Origin: Takakia lepidozioides
Taxonomy: Eukaryota; Plantae; Bryophyta
Length of the DNA stretch: 64,000 bases
Reading direction: 5' to 3'
Assembly: GCA_030704615.1 (NCBI GenBank)
Contig: CM060733.1
Span: 19,406,001 to 19,470,000, forward strand
Part shown: positions 36,801 through 50,171 of the stretch, piece after piece
How positions within the stretch are numbered: the first letter of the stretch is position 1
How the letters are laid out: each line of letters opens with the position of its first letter
Notes under the pieces: model-generated
The model's input: the letters and a program-made list of their open reading frames with translations, nothing else
The model's database searches: none
What the model was told of the DNA's origin: nothing
Position numbers and translations under genes: made by a program

Positions 36801-39800
36801 TACAAAAAATGGGACTAGAGGTAGAGGAAGAGGAGAGAGATTTTACTGGGCAGAGGCATTTTCCAGGGCCGGTCCAAGAATAACATGGGTGACTGTTTCA
36901 TTCAACTCCATGTGCCTTGTTCCTCCACCATCTCGGACAATATTCACCAGGTTCCTCATTTCAGCAGCCTCGAAGCCAGTCAAGTAGATGCGACAACCTG
37001 AAAGGTACATCGCCTGTTGAGTCTCACATTTTGGCCCCTCTGGCCCAGTATCCACGGATGCTTCGGGCTCCTCAACCAGAGATGTAGCTACTCCATCGCC
37101 TGATGCAGGGCTTGCAGGTGGTGCCTGGTCTTCCAAATAAACTATTTCTTGCTTGGACATCTTAGTAGCAGCACTAGTGTTTGCAATGGAGATGCCTTTT
37201 GCACATACTGGAAAGTTGTCTTCATCAAGGCATACTGCAGTCAAAGGGAAAATGTCATGGGCTACAGAATTACTAGTAAAGAGACTTCAGACATATTGAA
37301 GGCCCGAAGTTACCCCCTCCCCATACAACTAGTTGTGCAATTGCACTTGTCTCGCAAAATGTAGTCCCAGCCAGATAGACATACAGATAGACAAGTTGTC
37401 GCTGACAGGAGAGAGGAAGAGAACACCCGCAATGATGAGACAGGTTTAGTGCTGGCTTACACTTGGCATCAACTGACTGCCAAAACCACTGTTGACTGAC
37501 AACCTTTAATCCCTTTGCCAGCGCATATTTAGGGCCTTCTGGTAAGTGTTAGGAGTGAAGGAAGCAGTGACATCAGATGTTCCCAACAAGCAATCACACC
37601 AAATAACAACACCACATGGAGAGCCCATGCACAAGTGTAACTCCATGCTTGTCTGGATTCTAGGGCAATGAATTTCATTAAGTTGTTGTGGGCAAGTCAG
37701 CTAATGCCACAGGGAACTTTGTTCACAAAATATCCTTGGATGTAGCACTGTGTATTGTTCTGACATCTCATCATAATCAGCACACACCCAACAAACTGTT
37801 GACTTGATGGACATGGTGAAGCAGAATAAGAGGATATGTCAGCAATCAAATGAGTGCATCCACTTTCGAGTCGGGCAGAATAGGTGGCCCCATTCAACTT
37901 GGAGATGTCCTGTATGCGGTCCCGTTCCTCTGCCACAAGAAGCAATCTTTTAACGAGAACAAGAAGACTCGGTCCAAACAGAAGCGCACAAAATACACAA
38001 TGTACTCAACAGACTTTGTTTTCCATAGCCTTGTGGCCCTGCCCCCAGTTTGGAAGAGGGAATAGAGGCAACATTTGTGAGGGGCTCACTCTGGTAGTTA
38101 CCTTGATATAAACAATTAGTCGGACTTTCCAGATATTTTCTAGAAAGCCCTTCACACAAGCATCAATCTGTGCTGTGTGTGAGCAGCTCAGAAGTTAGAC
38201 CCCAACAGGGCCAGGGCTTTAGGCTCAGCCTCGAGATTTTGAAAGTTGGTGAACAGCACAAAATACAGAGTGAAATCCAAAGAAACTTGATTTGCAGTTG
38301 AAAGTGCATAGTACAACCCTCCAAAAGCCACATAGAAAACATTGTACCAAAACCTTCCACATTTGACCTTGTGGGTGAGAATTGAAAACTGGGTGTAAGC
38401 ATTACAGAGTGGATATACAGCATAGTAAGAACAGAAGAAGAGGATAAACAGAGGTTCATAGACTATGGGAGCAGTTGACCTACCCAAAGTAATTCCAGTA
38501 ACACAAATGCAGATCCCTGTGAAAGGTGGAAGCCTATAAGGAGTGTGTGGAACAAGCCTATGCTCAGAAGCACATTTTCTCAGCCAACGATGTGTCAGAA
38601 TCGGTTTGTGTGCCACACTCCAAGCCCACTGCATCAAACAAGCGATCATCACTTAACATTCCTTGCACATGTACGTTCTCCATTTCCTTAATCACACCAA
38701 CATGATGTAAGTGCCACGACCTCACTCCAAAGTGCACAAACAGGACTTAATGTAAGATTCGTCCGAGGCTCTAAGTTGGTGTGCCATCATAAAGAAAACA
38801 ACCAAAGTTAAGCACCATATTCTGAGATACAAGATCTAATCTTATTTTCCACATGCAATCTTTCTCTCTTTTTCTCTAACATACATCTTTTCAACCCCTT
38901 TTGCAACAAAAGCAACAACATCATAAAGCGAGACTTCAAAGATACTTTTGGGGACGGTAGGCAACTATCATGACCTTATATTTTCCAGCTAAGACACTTT
39001 TGGCGATCACAAAATCAACCTCCGGTGATCTCTGCTGTTGGAGAGTGCCAGACATGGAGTTCACAAGCTGCTCCAGTTCACTCTACAGTATTGAAAAATG
39101 GGTCAGAAATGTCAGAAAACTTACCTGTCATACTATCTGTGGCATTCAGATCTCAATATACACATGAAACAAGCACTGCAAATCACCATCACAGGAATTT
39201 CTTCTTACATGTGGTACACCCAACCTATGTGAGTGAATAAATGGTGGCGGACATACTTGATGATAGTAGAAGGTCTAGACAAGGACTAAACCCCATACAG
39301 TACTGCAAAATGTTGTGGCCACTTCTGTAACATACCTTGAAACTGTCATTGCTTCCAGCGAGTAGATAGTTATGTATGAAGTCATTGACCACAAAAGAAT
39401 GTACTAGTAAGACGTTGTTTGCCATCATTGACTACGAAAGAGAGAGGCAAAAAGATTGAAAAAGTGGAGCTCTTGCCTTCTCTGCACCCTTGAACCCGGT
39501 CGAAAGCACTACAACACCATCCATGGAGAGACAGCAAGTGTAGTTCCTGTTAGGAAATGGCTTGTGTTCCTTTGCGCAGCGGATGACGCATTCTGGGCCT
39601 GTTCAACACTGCAAATCAGACCACCTTGGCTGTATCCCCCTGGCTTTCCTCCCACCTTCTCCCCTTGATGCTTTCCTAATTCTCCTAGGAGGTGCAACAA
39701 ATTCGATCCCAAGAGAGGATGGAAACTCAGCAAACATAACGACCTCCAATTTACCTTCTCGAGTTGGGTTTGACAACCCCTTAGGAACACCTTGCAAGCA

Positions 39801-40740
39801 GATATATTGTTGAGAGACTCATCCGAAAGAGGTTTAGCAGCTTTACTAGCATGTGGAATTTCGATGATCACACAGATTATTGCATATTGGCACTATGTCA
39901 GCCTACATTACTTCTGCCTATGTATTAAAATATCTGCATCACATCTGATCTGTGTAGACTTTGGAAGACGATGCATGATTAGCTGATCATTTGACCTACC
40001 AGTTACTGAGGGGTAAGAGCCCTCACCTACGACCTTGCAACCTTTTGTTAGTAGCTCTTCGATCTTGACCTGCATTACAGGCATTAGACACAGCGTGCAC
40101 TCTCATGTCAGAAAAAAAGGGGAAATTGAGAAGATGCAGCATCTGTGCTTTCTTGCCAGTTTTGAACCAAAATTGTAGGTGCACTCAATTTGAGACGGGA
40201 GACCGTAACCTTCTTCCTTAGCCTTCCTCTATGAATGAAAAATATGTCGAAGTAACTTGGTTTGTCACAGATGGTGAAGGGGCCAAAGAGTTTATGTGAG
40301 AGAGGTCACCCTCTGACACCATAGAGGATGTTATAATCCATGGAAGTTGATCATGAAAGTTGATCCACTTACTATCTTCATCTGCCTCTTGTACATTAAG
40401 ATTCGAGAAACAGACGGCCAACACAATTAGGCACGCCTGAAAATAAATAGCCAGAGGGCAGCCACAAACGCAAAAGCGCACTAGGAAATGAACCATAATT
40501 TGTAATTCCTGCTTCTGCTGGGAGGTGGTAGGGGACACGCACTTTTTGATTGCACGCAAGGACATGAAAATCAGTGTCTGAGTTCTCGGATGGATTCAAG
40601 CACGGGAAAACCTCTGCTCCATTATGAGTGAGTGCATCCTGTAGAGCGGGATACTGTTCTTCTGGCACGTAGTTGCGTGAGAGGAACACTCGTAGCCCTC
40701 GAAAGGGGAATCTGACTGGTTCATTCCTTCTCATCTCCAT
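30809..40740 (-). CDS. TOPBP1: DNA topoisomerase II-binding protein 1 / MEI1-like multi-BRCT protein, multi-exon
   Basis: N-terminus FRGLRVFLSRNYVP..LQDALTHNGAEVFPC; KPILTHRWLRKCASEHRLVP..YRLPPFTG..VTG; CTHLIAD; YLSGCRIYLTGF; LFQPLPCQIPLSGF; C-terminus VAYDEDHSERQRIMEKVRTRS. Order and motifs follow plant MEI1/TopBP1. Confidence 0.93.
37546..37837 (-). other. U12-type AT-AC intron in TOPBP1
   Basis: Donor GAC|ATATCCTC, branch-like TTCCTTCAC ending 9 nt before AC|TTA; splicing gives in-frame CTHLIAD-LPEGPKY. Confidence 0.8.
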
Positions 40741-42838
40741 GATACGTCCAGTGTTCCAGCTCAGATTACCCTCCGTGTTCCCTCATTTATCACGTTCTCT
40801 TTCTCTCCATAATACTCCCACCTTCAAGATGTCCCTCGCTCCTTTCTCACAGCTCAAATTGAGTAGGATGTCCTCTCTTCCTCCTTTTGTAACCTACATC
40901 AGAGCACCGAAGCCACAAATCAACTCAAACTCGGATCCTCTGACTTCTTCTGGATTTCCCGCCTGCCTAGATCCGTGAGAACCTTGCTTTGGTAATGTGA
41001 GCTGAACCTCTCCCTCTCTCCCCTCTCATTGTCCGCCACAGTGTCATCAGGCAGTGCGCCCCCCGCACAGATGAGAGAAACGAAACGAAACGAAATGGTA
41101 CTTGAGAGAGAGTGAGAGCGGGTTCCGTTGCCGACGGCCGACTTTTGAATATTTTCCTTTCTGGGGAAAAGAAAACAGTCCTTTGAGACTTTTTACTTGG
41201 GAGCCAATGGACCTGTTCTCCACCTTTTCGAAAACTTCTTGAACTGTAGTTTTCTCGTTCATGTGGTGATTGCTAGGGATCCCACTTTTCTTGCTCTCTA
41301 TCTTCCTTTGTCCCCTAGGCTTTGAGCTTAAAGTGGACATTACGGAAAAAGACCTTTCCTTCAGTGCTTGACCTACTTGGCTCAGAGTATTTGCCTAACC
41401 AAAATGTGTCTTTCTCAAGAATCACAGAACAGGCCAAGACCAGCTTCAATCCTTCCACCAGTTGCTTGCGAGGTCAACTTGCAGCAAGTTACTAAATGAG
41501 TTCTCCTGTGTGAATGCTGGAGTTTTCCAAATCATTGATGAAGATGAAGTAAGCCATTTAAACGAATGATGTGAAATTGCCAATAATACAACAGCATTGT
41601 GGTTTCTTCTGTGGCAACTTAGGCTGCGTTCTCCACTCTTCTAGAAGAGCCCGGATGACCAGCTAAGGCCATCAAATGACTGCTCACTTCCATTCTTCCA
41701 ATCATAATTGCTGCCTGTTGTACTTATGGGGTCAGTTTCTCAGGGAGGGCATGCACTCTGGCATACATTTGCATGGGACCGATGTTCAGCAAGCAGACTG
41801 CACGCATGAAAAGAGTCTGAACACTCAAAACATGTAGTGGATTACTACATCTTCCCCTTTTATTGCCACTTTTCCTGGTCGCTCTCCCACAAACTGATTT
41901 AAGTTGGAATCACAGAAGGAGCTGTGGCATGAATTGCCCTAAAAGGAGTACAATAGACAATGTGTCCCTAGTCGAACATTAACATAAACCTGCCAAAACT
42001 AAGAGGTTGCATGGCCCACTTGAAACACATTTATGACAGTGCTTGTGCATGCAACCCCAGGAAGAGGGGCCACGCAAAAAGCCTATGAAGTAGACGCAAC
42101 AAATTCCTGTCGCACCACGTACAGCTTGATAAACATTACAAAGAATTAGTACATCTGGAACAAAACAAAATTGACCTTACCATCTCTCACTTCTTGAATT
42201 GGATGGATGCATGACCTCAGACTCACAGTCACTCCCTTTCCAAGATAACCTCAAGAGTCCTCCATGGGTTAACCTTCATTTCAAGTCAACTTCTGACATT
42301 GACAAAGAGATGCAACACCCTCCTCTTCAAATTTCTGCCCAACTTTGCAGAAGAGAAAATGGTCAAGGCCTTCATATCCGCAAGAGAAAGTAACAGGAAG
42401 ATTGGATGTCAGTTGATACTTGCTTTGGAGCTGTTAGACCTACGCTTGTTTGAATAATACACTTTTCATATTTGTCCCTGCTGCTGTATCTTTCTGCAAT
42501 GTTGATCTCATATCAGCAGTGAAGAACATATCCAGGGTCATGGGACACTGAAGAAGTAACTCACCTTCCCTGCCGCCACAGCTCTCGAAGGCCCAGAGTA
42601 TTAGTAAATCAACTTTCGTCAGTTTGCTGACAATGTCAGCAAAACACACCTCCAATCCCTCTGATCACCGAAGCTTGATAGAAAATATTGCTCCAGCCTG
42701 AGTGCAAAGCAGGAAAACCCCTCCAAGGCAATCTTTTAGCTGCTGGAAAGGAAGCCAAGCAGCACCCTGATGGCGTGTGCCCTGAAGGAACCCCGTGATA
42801 GGTGAAAGCTAATAAGTCTTCTAAAACTGGATCTGCAA

Positions 42839-45569
42839 CTATGTGACTTTAACCTGCTGTCGTTGCCTCAAGTCACCATTCGGATGATCAAGACCATCTG
42901 AGCTGGCACTAGATGAAGTGCCTGACACCATTTCCTGCATCTGCGCCTCCTTATGTCTAATCCTTTCTGTTATGGTACTGTTGCTGGAACCAGCTTCCAT
43001 CCCTATTCGCTGGCCTTCATCAACTAAGCGCTTCAACAAGTTCATCATTGTAGGGAGAAGCTTTGTTGATACAGAAATAAAACCGGTTAAGAATCCATGC
43101 TGGAATTCATGGGCAATGTCGAGCTGCACCCACATTGCCTTGCCAAGTAGATACAGCACAAATAGGATTGCAATGTACATAGGGTTCCGCAGAAGTGTCA
43201 TAAATTCATTGAATCCAAGTACCACCATTGCCAACATTGCCCAAGGGGGTGGCAGCCATGATTTTCCACGCCTGCTTGCTTCCTGAGCTGCAAGCGCCTG
43301 GCCGATAGTGTACTCTGTTTCTGCCTTGAATTGCCTCCAAATGTTTCGACACTGTGCTGGAGTGAGCAGCGTGTCTGTGGGTGAAATGCCCGGCCAAGTG
43401 GTGGTTGCAAGCAGATTTGTGCCTCTGGCAACGGCACCCTTGCTTTCTGATGTGGAATTGGTGGTAGTTGACGACCATTGCACAGTGTCTTGAGATTCTC
43501 CTAGCAATGACAAGAGAGCTGATTCAATCCCGTCATTTCCAGAACTGTTTGGGTCCACCCTCAGAGCTGCCAAAACTGCCAGCAGTTTTACAGCAGCATC
43601 GCGTGCATCTCTAGTAATGGCACGGACATCATGTTCCTCCCCCCAAACCCTAGGCATGGAGTCTTCGTCATGTCCGAAAACATTGTTGAACCGATCCTTC
43701 ATTCTGATTATAACCTGCCCAGCCTCCTCCCGAGCCTTCTTCTCCACAAGGTTCCTAGCAAACACAGAAAGGGCCACCAGCATGTGTGCCTCCTCTTCCT
43801 CAGTGGGCTCAAACCCAGCCATTGCATCTGAAAGCCCTGAGGTCGCAACTTCGACCTCATGTTTCAACAACTTTCCAATTTCTGGCCAAGTGTTTGGAGA
43901 TGCTGCATCCAAAAGGGAGGCAGCTGGCTCTACAACTGCAATTTGCACTTTCTTCTCAAATTCAGATGTCAGTTCCAAGAGCTTTACAGTACGCACAGCC
44001 TGAGCGTGTGCATCAATGTCCCGTCGCAGCTTCTCTCTGCTCTTGGACGTGTCCCATGAGGCGTGTACCACTTGTGCATCTACAGGAAAGTTGCACAATT
44101 GTTTCTATCACTTCCTTCCTTGCATCAAGATAAGGAACCATAGCAAATATCTATGTCTGCATATCTAAGCCAGTTTTACATCCAAATTTCCTGCAGATAA
44201 ACCTAAACACACAGAGGTATCATTCATCACTACAACAGCACCACAATCCTCCATCAGTTGAGCTCTATGAAACATCATAGCCATGTCAGGTTCTCCAAAA
44301 TCTACCTGCACAGCAGCCGTCAAAATCAGCGATGGAGATCTCGGTGCATCGACGCACCACATCTGCAAAGCCGCCTTCCGGAGCTGGAGATTCGAGCGCC
44401 ATGTCCAAGTCGTGTTTGAATGTGCTTAAGGCCTTCACACGATGATGTCCCAACGCTGTTTGGTATGATGGGTATATCACATCGAGTGCTCGTGCCACCA
44501 AGAATATCCGTTTTGCTGATCTCACACCTTCCTCAAAAAATGCGGCCTCTGCATCATACTCCGATAGACGGGCCTCCAAAAGCGCACTTACTTTCTTCCC
44601 AAACCCTGAAATTCCACCCTCCCTGGCACTCGCCTCAAGCTTCAGCCAATCCTGGTCAGACACCAGGTCCTGGAGCTTCTCATGTGCAATTTCTTCGCAC
44701 CTCACCGTTGCCACCATGACCTTGTGGGCTGGCAAATCCAGATCCTTGTTTTCCTTTATGATCTTCCAAATATGCTGTGTGCTGAGGGGAAAACCTGTAC
44801 CTGGGATGACTGCTCTTCGATCTCCAGCCAATCCGCCTGGAGCGACCGAGTTATGAAATCTTTTTCGGAGCTCCGCCACTTGCTCCTTGAACTGTTCCTC
44901 TTTCTCCTCAAAATTCGCAAGCGCAGTTACTTGTACATTGAAAAACTCACTAAGAGGAGTGTATTGAAACTGGGCGGGCTTGGGCACAGCTTCCCAAATC
45001 TTCTGTATGTCCTCGCGAAGAATTGGCTCCAAGGTCTCCAGTGGTGTGCGCGTCTTATCCCGGATGACAAACAGTAACGTAGCCTTCCGGGGTGTGAAAA
45101 GGCGCATCATCACCTGGAAAACAGTCTTGAGAAGGGGTTTGTTGGCCGCGTGCTCGCGGCCGATATCATGACACCACATGTTGATCAACACGATGTCGGA
45201 CACCGCCAATGCAAACAGCGAGCTCTGCTTTTCAAACGCCGTGTCGTCCTCCCCTCTCTCACGCCCGTCAGTGCCTTCCAAATCCATGACCAGCGTGCAG
45301 GGATCCAAGCCCTCCGCCCGCGCCATCCACACTCCCTGCGTCGTCTGCGTCCTACCTTTGAACGCATCCATCTCCACAAACTTGGTTTTGAACAGATGAT
45401 TCATCAGTGTGCTCTTGCCACTACTCTGCGGTCCCATGATCGCCACCACCGCGTATGACAGCCCGCACTCCGCAAGCTTCACACTCCTACAGAATGCCTC
45501 CAACCCCCCCTCGTTGAACGCTCCCCGCCCGTCGATCAGCTGTACTGCCGGCGTCCCCGGCTGCGCCAT
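42839..45569 (-). CDS. RHD3: ROOT HAIR DEFECTIVE 3 / Sey1 atlastin-like ER-fusion GTPase, two exons
   Basis: [46 protein letters not shown], membrane hairpin [17 protein letters not shown]. Exons 45569-44306 and 44079-42839 joined by a GT-AG intron. Confidence 0.95.
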
Positions 45570-46129
45570 GGCTGCTCTCTTCAAATGTGCAGAGGGCGTG
45601 CAGCGAGCAAACACACAAGAGTAGATCGCAGACTCGCTCACACAATCGCTGCTACTCTCTCGCTGGCTCTCCCTCCCCGCCGCCTCTGGGGACCCACCTC
45701 TCGACGGGATCGCACAGCACAGATCGACGCCGTCGGCTTCGCACGCGCCAATTTGAAAGATGTTTATTGACGAGGAGTGACGCCGTCCTTTGGATGCAGG
45801 CGGCAAACACGCTGTGGAGCGATGGCGCCGTCCAACGGGCCGCACCAACACAGTACTTATTAACTGCTCTTTCTTTCTTTTCTTTCTTTCCTTCCTTCCC
45901 TGTCTCAGTTTTATTTATTTATTTTTAAATTTTATTGGGGAAATTATTACTACAACGAATATTGTACAAACGTACAGACTACAACCGACGCACGGATTTT
46001 TACTTATTTATTTTGGTTTTGAAAACAGGGGACACTGGGACAGTGACCCTGCAATTCCTAAATGACATGCCCTCAACTGTATTATTTTATGCCTTGTTTT
46101 TTGTTTTTCTTATTAGTGTCTGGGGAAGG

Positions 46130-46500
46130 ACTAAGCCTAGGACTGCGGACTTTCTTGAGATGGCCAATGACATTCTTGCCAAGAAGATCATGCCATCTCC
46201 AATGTCGGAGGGTGTTATTGCCTTTATCTTTAAGAAATGGACCTGAGTAACAGTGCTTAAGAAAAAACAATTACCGTCTTATTACCCTTAAGATACCCTT
46301 GACGTTGCTTATAAAATGATTGCTAAAACCTTAGCTCGTTGCCTAACAATTGCTCCTTTCCTCTCTCGTTCCGCCTGCTGAAATTGGCTTTGCTAAGTTA
46401 GGAAAAGGATGATCCTCGACAGTGTCATCCTGGCTAATGAAGCTTTGAGTCTTGCTGCTTATTCTAACCAACCCTTGGCTAACTTATGCGTGATTTAGAG
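46130..46500 (+). mobile_element. Degenerate L1-type LINE reverse-transcriptase fragment
   Basis: GVIAFIFKK...YR.I..LDVAYKMIAKTLARCL...RMILDSVILANEA read across frameshifts. Confidence 0.7.
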
Positions 46501-46586
46501 AACGCCTGAGACCTGAGCAGAAAGAGATGGGTAAATTTTTGGAAAAATGAGAATTTCAAAATTCGGACCGCATGTTAGGTGCGGAC

Positions 46587-47368
46587 CAGTGTTGGGCGGT
46601 TCTTGCATTTGTGAAGGAACCTTCGGTTCCGGTTCCACAATTATTTCAAGAGACGGTTCCGGGTTTTTTTTATTGAGCCGGTTCCGGTCCGGTTCCGGAT
46701 CCAACTTTTAAACATGGGGGCGGTTCCGGTTACCGGTTCTGATAAAAACCATCGGTTCCGGTTAGGTTCTGGTTCTATTTTAAAAATATATTTGTTTAAT
46801 TTAATTAGATTTAAAATATTTTCTCAGTCCGGTAGATTAAATAGCAGTGTATTCACATATTTGAACTAAAATCCAACGATTTTGTTAGTTTTCACTAACA
46901 CAAAAAAACAAACAAAAATACTCTAAATAAACTGGTAGAAGAAAATGGGTAAAATTTTATGGGTTGAAAGTACTATTCTACCTGGCAAGTATTGGCATCT
47001 TCAAACATTTTATTAATGAACTTAGCTAGGATATCATGGAGCTGGAGATTGAACCCAAGATCTCATGGTGCTGAAGCATTGAACATAGAATCTCATGGCC
47101 TTCAAGCATTGAACCCAGGATCTCAGGAGCTTGAGAGTTTTGCCCTGGGCCACCAGCCCCACCAAGGGGTCAAGAACCGGAACCTGTTTTTATCCCCATG
47201 CGCCCTGGTTCTCCTAGCAGGAACTGCCGGTTCGGTTCTGCGCCGATCCCCATTGGCAGGTTCCAGTTCTGGGTCAGGTTCTGTACGAATGGGCCCGGTT
47301 CCGGTCCAGTTCCGGTTAACCTGAACCGGCGGTTAACCTGGGTCCCGACGGGTAACCGCCCATCACTG
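46587..47368. mobile_element. hAT-type MITE, 782 bp
   Basis: TIRs cagtgttgggcggtt / aaccgcccatcactg; 8-bp TSD gtgcggac (46579-46586, 47369-47376); ggttcc subterminal repeats; internal 30-bp tandem array at ~47030-47135. Confidence 0.92.
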
Positions 47369-47376
47369 GTGCGGAC

Positions 47377-47800
47377 CAGTGTTGTGCGGGTCTTCAGATT
47401 TGACCCCAGGTACCCGGCGGGTTAGGCCCGGACCCGGACCCGTGCTATCACCAAAAACCCTGACCCAGATTCATTTCAGAAAGGAGCCGGGACCTGGATC
47501 CGGACCCGCCTGCCAAGTCAGAACCCGCTACCTACGGGCCAGTATAGCGGGTCACGGTCCAGGTTTTAATTTTAATAGACAAATAATAAATATATATAGA
47601 AACTGTTGTTAAGAAATTAGAATTTGATATTTATCTGATATTTATTGATTTAAATGTGACAAAAAAACATTTCTAATTAATCTCATTTTTCTAATATATT
47701 TAATCAATTAAATAGTACCCAGATCCGAACCGTGAACCTGTTAATTTTTTCCAGCAACTACCCACACCCGGACCCGACTCCATGTTCAAAAACCCGGACT
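47377..47800. mobile_element. Second hAT-type MITE, truncated on the right
   Basis: Begins cagtgttgtgcggg immediately after the TSD; acccg/acccgg subterminal repeats; no right TIR found. Confidence 0.7.
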
Positions 47801-48374
47801 AGGCTCCAAAACATACACTCCAAAATTTGAAAAGTCTATGGTGTTAAAAAATTTCATATTTGGGTAGAACTCTTCGATGACAATATAAAGGTTCTCATTA
47901 TCTACAAGTTCTTATAACTAGATGGACAAATGTCATGTAGAATTGGGGACCTACGAATTAACTATTTTTTCAAATTATGGAATAATATTTATAATAAAAA
48001 AAATCTCAAATATTTAGGATGGACCCTTTTATTAAAAATATTAGGCATATCATTATCTATCAATATAAATATATATTTGAACAAAAAACATAAATTAAAA
48101 TTTTGTCTATGGACTTTCATGAAGGTCAAATCTGCCGTTTTTGAGTCACTTTTTCCTACAATCGCCCACTACAAACTTCCATAAGTTGGAGCCTCAAAAC
48201 TAAGCTGCAAAGTGGAATCGTATATGAAGACAACTAGGAAGTACCTTTGTAGCCAACCCTCCCAAGTACCTTGCAAACTCAGGAAAATGCCTTGATCAGC
48301 CTACTTTTATTCACTGCTTAGGAATAACAACCTACAATATAGATACATAACAACATTTCTCTTTTTGGGCTGCT

Positions 48375-49230
48375 AGGCTTGCATTCAAATGTAGATGAAT
48401 GAGACCCAACCCAGCTTCACCCCTTCTTGCATCATTTGTTCATAAGTCTTCAATTTAGCCTCCATCCTGCATTCATGCTAGGCATATCCTACAATCAGCT
48501 CGTTCCTGACGTAATGAAACCTTTAACATCATGTCCCTCTGCAGCGGTCTGTCTCTATTTTACTATCTTCATATTAATGTAACAAAGCGGGATTTAAGGG
48601 ACAAGATTACCTATGATTCATGATGGATCAATAGCTACAAGAAATCTGCATGGGTAGATGGTCAACTGGAAGCGGAAGCGGCAGTAGCACAGTTCATAAA
48701 CAATCGGGCACTTCGACCAATACCATAGCTTGCAACGGTGGGACAGCAGCTTTCTTCATGTAGTATGTGAGGGAGCTTGACCAAGCCTTGGTATGATCTG
48801 ATTGTGTGGATTGGAGAGTACCCCAAGTTTTGAGTAAAGTCAGAAACTTGCAAATGCGATGCAAAATTGCTTCTATTGTTTGTAGCCGAGGTTGTGGCAA
48901 GCCATGAAAGTATAGTCCCTGCAAGGTACTTTATAATGCATATGCAAGCCTGATAGCTTTTAAAAAGGGCAAAGAGGTCCATGGTGACATCATCAAAGCT
49001 GAAATTGCACCAGATGTCATTCAAAACATTGCCCTGTTGAAAATGTATGCCAAATGCGGGTGCAACAATGATGCAAAGGGAGTGTTTGACAATGTGGGTG
49101 AATGAGATGCGGTGTTTTGGAGTGCCATGGTTGCAAGATATGTGTAGCATGGGCCAAGGCTTTGGAAACCTAGCTATGAGTAAATGATGCGGGAAAGGGT
49201 GAAGCAATGTCTCTTCTAGCACTTCAAGGC
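48375..49230. pseudogene. Highly decayed PLS-PPR fragments in opposite orientations (minus ~48375-48500; plus ~48935-49230)
   Basis: Plus strand KGKEVHGDIIKAEIAPDVIQNIALLKMYAKCG..DAKGVFDNV; minus strand GYA*H...KTYEQMMQEGVK. Confidence 0.75.
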
Positions 49231-49384
49231 ATGTGAGGCTGTACCCTTCCCCTTTGTATTCCTTCCTTATTCTTTGGCTTCTCTTCTATTAATCTAGTTT
49301 TGTGAATTCATGTATTCGCACTTCGCACCTTCTCTCTCTTTCTTCCTTTCTCTCATGCTCGCGACCTTATCTGGTGTTTGAAGC

Positions 49385-49991
49385 TGTCAAGGACGAGAAC
49401 ATGACTGAACACAAACAAGAGATAAAACTAGAGCTACAAGGCTAGACAAGAAGTCAAGGTCGGCATGGCCGAATGCACGATGAGTAAATAGGAATCAAGA
49501 CGATCTTTATAACAATGAACAAGAATAAAGATATTGGAACACGACTTGAATACTGGAATGCTGGAAACTGGACTAGAGTACCAGATACTGGAAACTGGAC
49601 TAGTGTACTAGGAACTGGAAACAAGAGTAGCTTGAACTGGTGTTGGCGAGACTGAAGAGTGTCCAGTCTCGCCTCCTATATATACTGGCTACTAAGAAGC
49701 TTCCCTAAGAAGCTTCCCCTATGGAGGTTGCTTGCTGGAGAAGTTTCCAAGATTAAACAAATGTTTCTTGATGGAGAAGCTTCTTTAAACAAATGAGGTA
49801 TTTTGATGGAGAAGTTTCCTCCAAATGAAGCTTCTTGAGTAGTTTCTCAAATTGGTAATTTGGTAAACTCCGGGTAACTTGGTAAGTAATGATAAATCAT
49901 GGTAGATCATGGTAAATCACGATAAGTCATGGTAACTTGGTAACTTCTGGTATTTACTCTTGGTAAGTTCTTCTGGGCTATGTCCATGACA
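49385..49991 (-). repeat. 3' LTR of element A
   Basis: tgtca...tgaca termini; near-identical to 56597-57247 (inverted) and 58606-59149. Confidence 0.95.
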
Positions 49992-50171
49992 TCACCCCCT
50001 CCTCTAGCGCCGAGTTCCTCGAGGAGCGGTAAAATTTTGGACTTGCTTAGAGTTGGAGAAAATCCCAAATCTGACGAATGGTACTTGCCAAGTATTCGGC
50101 TCTTCGTTCTTGACTCAAATGATTTATAGGTCCCTGCAACCATCGATAGTGTCCAACACCTTGAACTTGGG

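Noticed and set aside
45570-45851. 94-aa N-terminal extension of RHD3 in the ORF track
   Set aside because: Starts at a non-ATG codon in GC-rich 5' sequence; homology begins at MAQPG (ATG 45569).
47030-47135. 30-bp periodic repeats resembling a CRISPR array
   Set aside because: Head-to-tail degenerate minisatellite inside a MITE; no unique spacers, no cas genes, eukaryotic context.
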